From assembly GCF_032191835.1 (NCBI RefSeq), contig NC_083229.1, forward strand, positions 88,288,001 through 88,352,000: a stretch of DNA of 64,000 nt, read 5' to 3'. Each line of letters opens with the position of its first letter. Positions within the stretch are counted from its first letter, which is position 1. The translations under genes and the position numbers were made by a program. The notes beneath the pieces are model-generated. The model was not told the origin of the DNA. It worked only from the letters and a program-made list of their open reading frames with translations, and ran no database searches. Positions 61,326 to 64,000 of the stretch are shown here, piece after piece. The stretch is from Heteronotia binoei (Eukaryota).

Positions 61326-61834
61326 TAGGGTTGCCAATCCCCAGGTGGGGGCAGGGGATACCCCGGTTTGGAGGCCCTCCCCCCCGCTTCAGGGTCATCA
61401 GAAAGCGGGGGGAGGGGAAGGAAATATCTGCTGGGAACCCTGTTATTCCCTATAGAGATTTATTCCTATAGAAAATCATGGAGAATTGATCCGCGGGTAT
61501 CTGGGGCTCTGGGGGGGGCTGTTTTTTGAGGTAGAGGCACCGAATTTTCAGTACAGCATCTAGTGCCTCTCCCCCAAATATCCCCCAAGTTTCAAAACGA
61601 TTGGACCAGGGGGTCCAATTCTATGAGCCCCAAAAGCAGGTGTCCCTATCCTTCATTATTTCCTATGGAAGGAAGGCATTGAAAAGGTGTGCCGTCCCTT
61701 TAAATGTGATGGCCAGAACTCCCTTTTGAGTTCAATTATGCTTGTCACAGCCTTGATCTTGGCTCCACCCCATTGTCTCCTGGCCCCACCCCCAAAGTCC
61801 CCAGATATTTCTTAAACTGGACTTGGCAACCCTA
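61326..61834. mobile_element. hAT MITE (509 bp), intact
   Basis: 12-bp TIR TAGGGTTGCCAA; perfect 8-bp TSD TCTGAGAA (61318-61325 / 61835-61842). Confidence 0.93.
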
Positions 61835-62202
61835 TCTGAGAAAGTTTTGAGAGAATGCTTTCTTTAGGAAATTACACTTTAACAACAACTCTGTTCACTG
61901 GGAAAAGCCTTTTAAGTAAAGCTTCAAGGTTTGATCCACCCCAACCTTTGGGTGACCAAGGGATTCAACAATAACTTGTTTCTTCTTTTTAAAAAAACTG
62001 TCAATAAAATATTGAATATAAAATAAAATATTGAATAAAATATAAAATAAAATATTGAATATAACCTCATGGATATCCGGATTATGTGAGAATTTTTGTT
62101 TGAATAGTTACTATATAGTGCAACACATTTACATTTCACTGATGTCAGCTCATTAACAATTAAAATCAGTGCAACAGAACATGCAATAGAAAAAAAATCC
62201 TT

Positions 62203-62270
62203 TTATTTATTTGTTTGTTTCAATTTATATTCCGCTCTCCCTGCAAGCAGACTCAGGGCAGATTACAGAG
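62203..62270 (-). mobile_element. L2 extreme 3' tail
   Basis: The minus strand reads gtaatctgccctgagtctgcttgcagggagagcggaatataaat followed by a (TAAA/CAAA)n tail. Confidence 0.6.
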
Positions 62271-63735
62271 CAAAATCTAAAACATAATGTATCAATTACA
62301 GAACAGTTAAAACACTTCAAAATAACATAACTAAAAAAACAAGTCACACTATTTGTCCATGTGCTGGCACACAATGCACCTGTATATTGAGCAGGAGGCA
62401 CTTTAGCGCATTCACACGGTTGTTGCATGCCACCCCCTTAGCACAGTTTGGGTTTCTTTTTTTCTTTACATTTTTAGTGGTCATACACTCAGTTCTCATG
62501 TGCAATGGGCAGTTGTTGTTTTTTTTTAAAAAAAAACAAAACAGAATACCAGTGAGTGCCTAGAGTGGATTGGTGGGTTCACACCACCAATCCACCTTGC
62601 TTGTATACTCCCACTGTCCGACGCCCAGAAAGATGAATGGAATGCGGCAGAAGACTTTGCTACCACTTCACAAGTGGTAGCTATTTGATCTGTCTCACGG
62701 ATACCAGAGAACAGAGTGAGTGCGGGAATGGGACAGGCAGCAGCTGTGCCTGTCTGACCTTGCTTTTTTAATCCACCTGGTGGCCGTCCCTATCTCGGCT
62801 CAAATTTGCTGTCTGAATTCAGCCATTCAGTTCAATACTGAAATTTCTGGTTGATACCATGGTTATAGACTACTGCTGTACATCAGAAAATACACAACGG
62901 TTTCAAGAGAATTATTATTCCCCACTGTCATTCTAGTATTAGCATGTAAGGATGATTGGCCAATTCACTGTATGAGACTGGATTTGGGACCATTACTTGC
63001 CACACAACAGAGGAATCTCACCATCGAACAAGTTGCTGAAGCAAAATATAGCAGTTCTAAGGGCATGGGAGGGAGCAAAATTGAAGGGGAACAACACCAA
63101 AGTCCTGATAGGAACAAAAATAGGCAGCAGCTTTTATTGAATACAACTGCAAGAACATTGATGCAGCACAGGGATGTCCAGATTCAGTTCTCAGGATATG
63201 TTTCATTTGCTGAGACCTAAGGCTGTAGACAGGGTATTTCGATATGTTTTTCTACAACATACCCTTTCAATCCCTGACCAACATAGCTCATATTTCCAGT
63301 CTGAATTATGTTGATGGTCTGGACCCACATGACAGTAAATATGTCCATGAAACTCAATTTTATTCCAGTATGTTTAAAGTTGGTTGTAGGCTACTTTTGA
63401 AAGAAGAGGGGTAAGGGAAAACACAATCTTCGTTAGTTAGGAAACTAGAGACATGGTCTTTCTTGTTCTCCCCCCTTCAGTTTCTATTTCACTGTCCCCT
63501 ATAATTGTGGGGCTCAGAGCAAATTGCAAATAGGTAAGCCAAAATATTTGAATGGGCTGAGGCCAAGAAGCCCCAAATACTTCTGGATACTACATTTTAA
63601 TCCAGCTTCAGGATCACATGTATTGCTATCAGTTAACAGATAACAGCCAGTTCTATTACTTTTATAAATATGAGCAAGGTGAGCTGTCTTATCATTGAAA
63701 GCCTTTATGAAGACTTTATTCAGCTGACCCAGGCC

Positions 63736-63880
63736 TAGGGTTGCCAGCTCTGGGTTGGGAAATACCTGGAGATTTGAGAGGTGAAGCCTGAGAAGGGCCA
63801 GGTTTGGTGAGGGAAGGGACTTCAGAAGAATATAATTCCAGAGTCCACCAAAGCAGCCATTTTCTCTAGGGAAACTGACA
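63736..63880. mobile_element. hAT MITE end fragment (TAGGGTTGCC family)
   Basis: Starts tagggttgccagctctgggttgggaaatacc; the other end was not found. Confidence 0.55.
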
Positions 63881-64000
63881 CCAAGGCTTTGAAGGCTAGC
63901 AATAATATTGTAGCTGCCTAGCAATCCCTACAATGGCCACTGAGAAGGTGTTTGTTTCTTAAAAGTTGTTCCTATCATTTTGGGGTGGTTTAACCCCCTA

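Overview
Vertebrate genomic DNA, not prokaryotic. The repeat content (Squam3-like SINEs, L2, CR1, RTE, hAT MITEs) points to a squamate, probably a gecko; this is inference. The only host coding sequence I can support is a 96-bp minus-strand exon (35325-35420) matching PIEZO2 exon 2, so the window is read as PIEZO2 intron 2 (1-35324) and intron 1 (35421-64000). The introns are packed with transposable elements: Penelope-like elements with hammerhead ribozymes, L2, CR1, L1, RTE, DIRS, Gypsy, an ERV-like element, SINEs and hAT MITEs. The most striking object is an apparently very young, pol-deleted Tf1/sushi-type chromoviral Gypsy element (16221-20131). Its LTRs match at 422/423 positions and it has a 5-bp TSD. 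It keeps an 11-nt self-priming PBS, gag, a PEG10-type GGGAAAC slippery site with an intact H-type pseudoknot, and a PPT, and it carries a nested L1 that looks more damaged than the LTR age predicts. Other highlights are a hammerhead ribozyme in the sense orientation of the PIEZO2 pre-mRNA (25359-25398), an ERV-like element with no recognisable coding sequence in its 4.65-kb interior, and an internally deleted DIRS. Two N-gaps show this is a scaffolded assembly, so homopolymer frameshifts and LTR identity need read-level confirmation.
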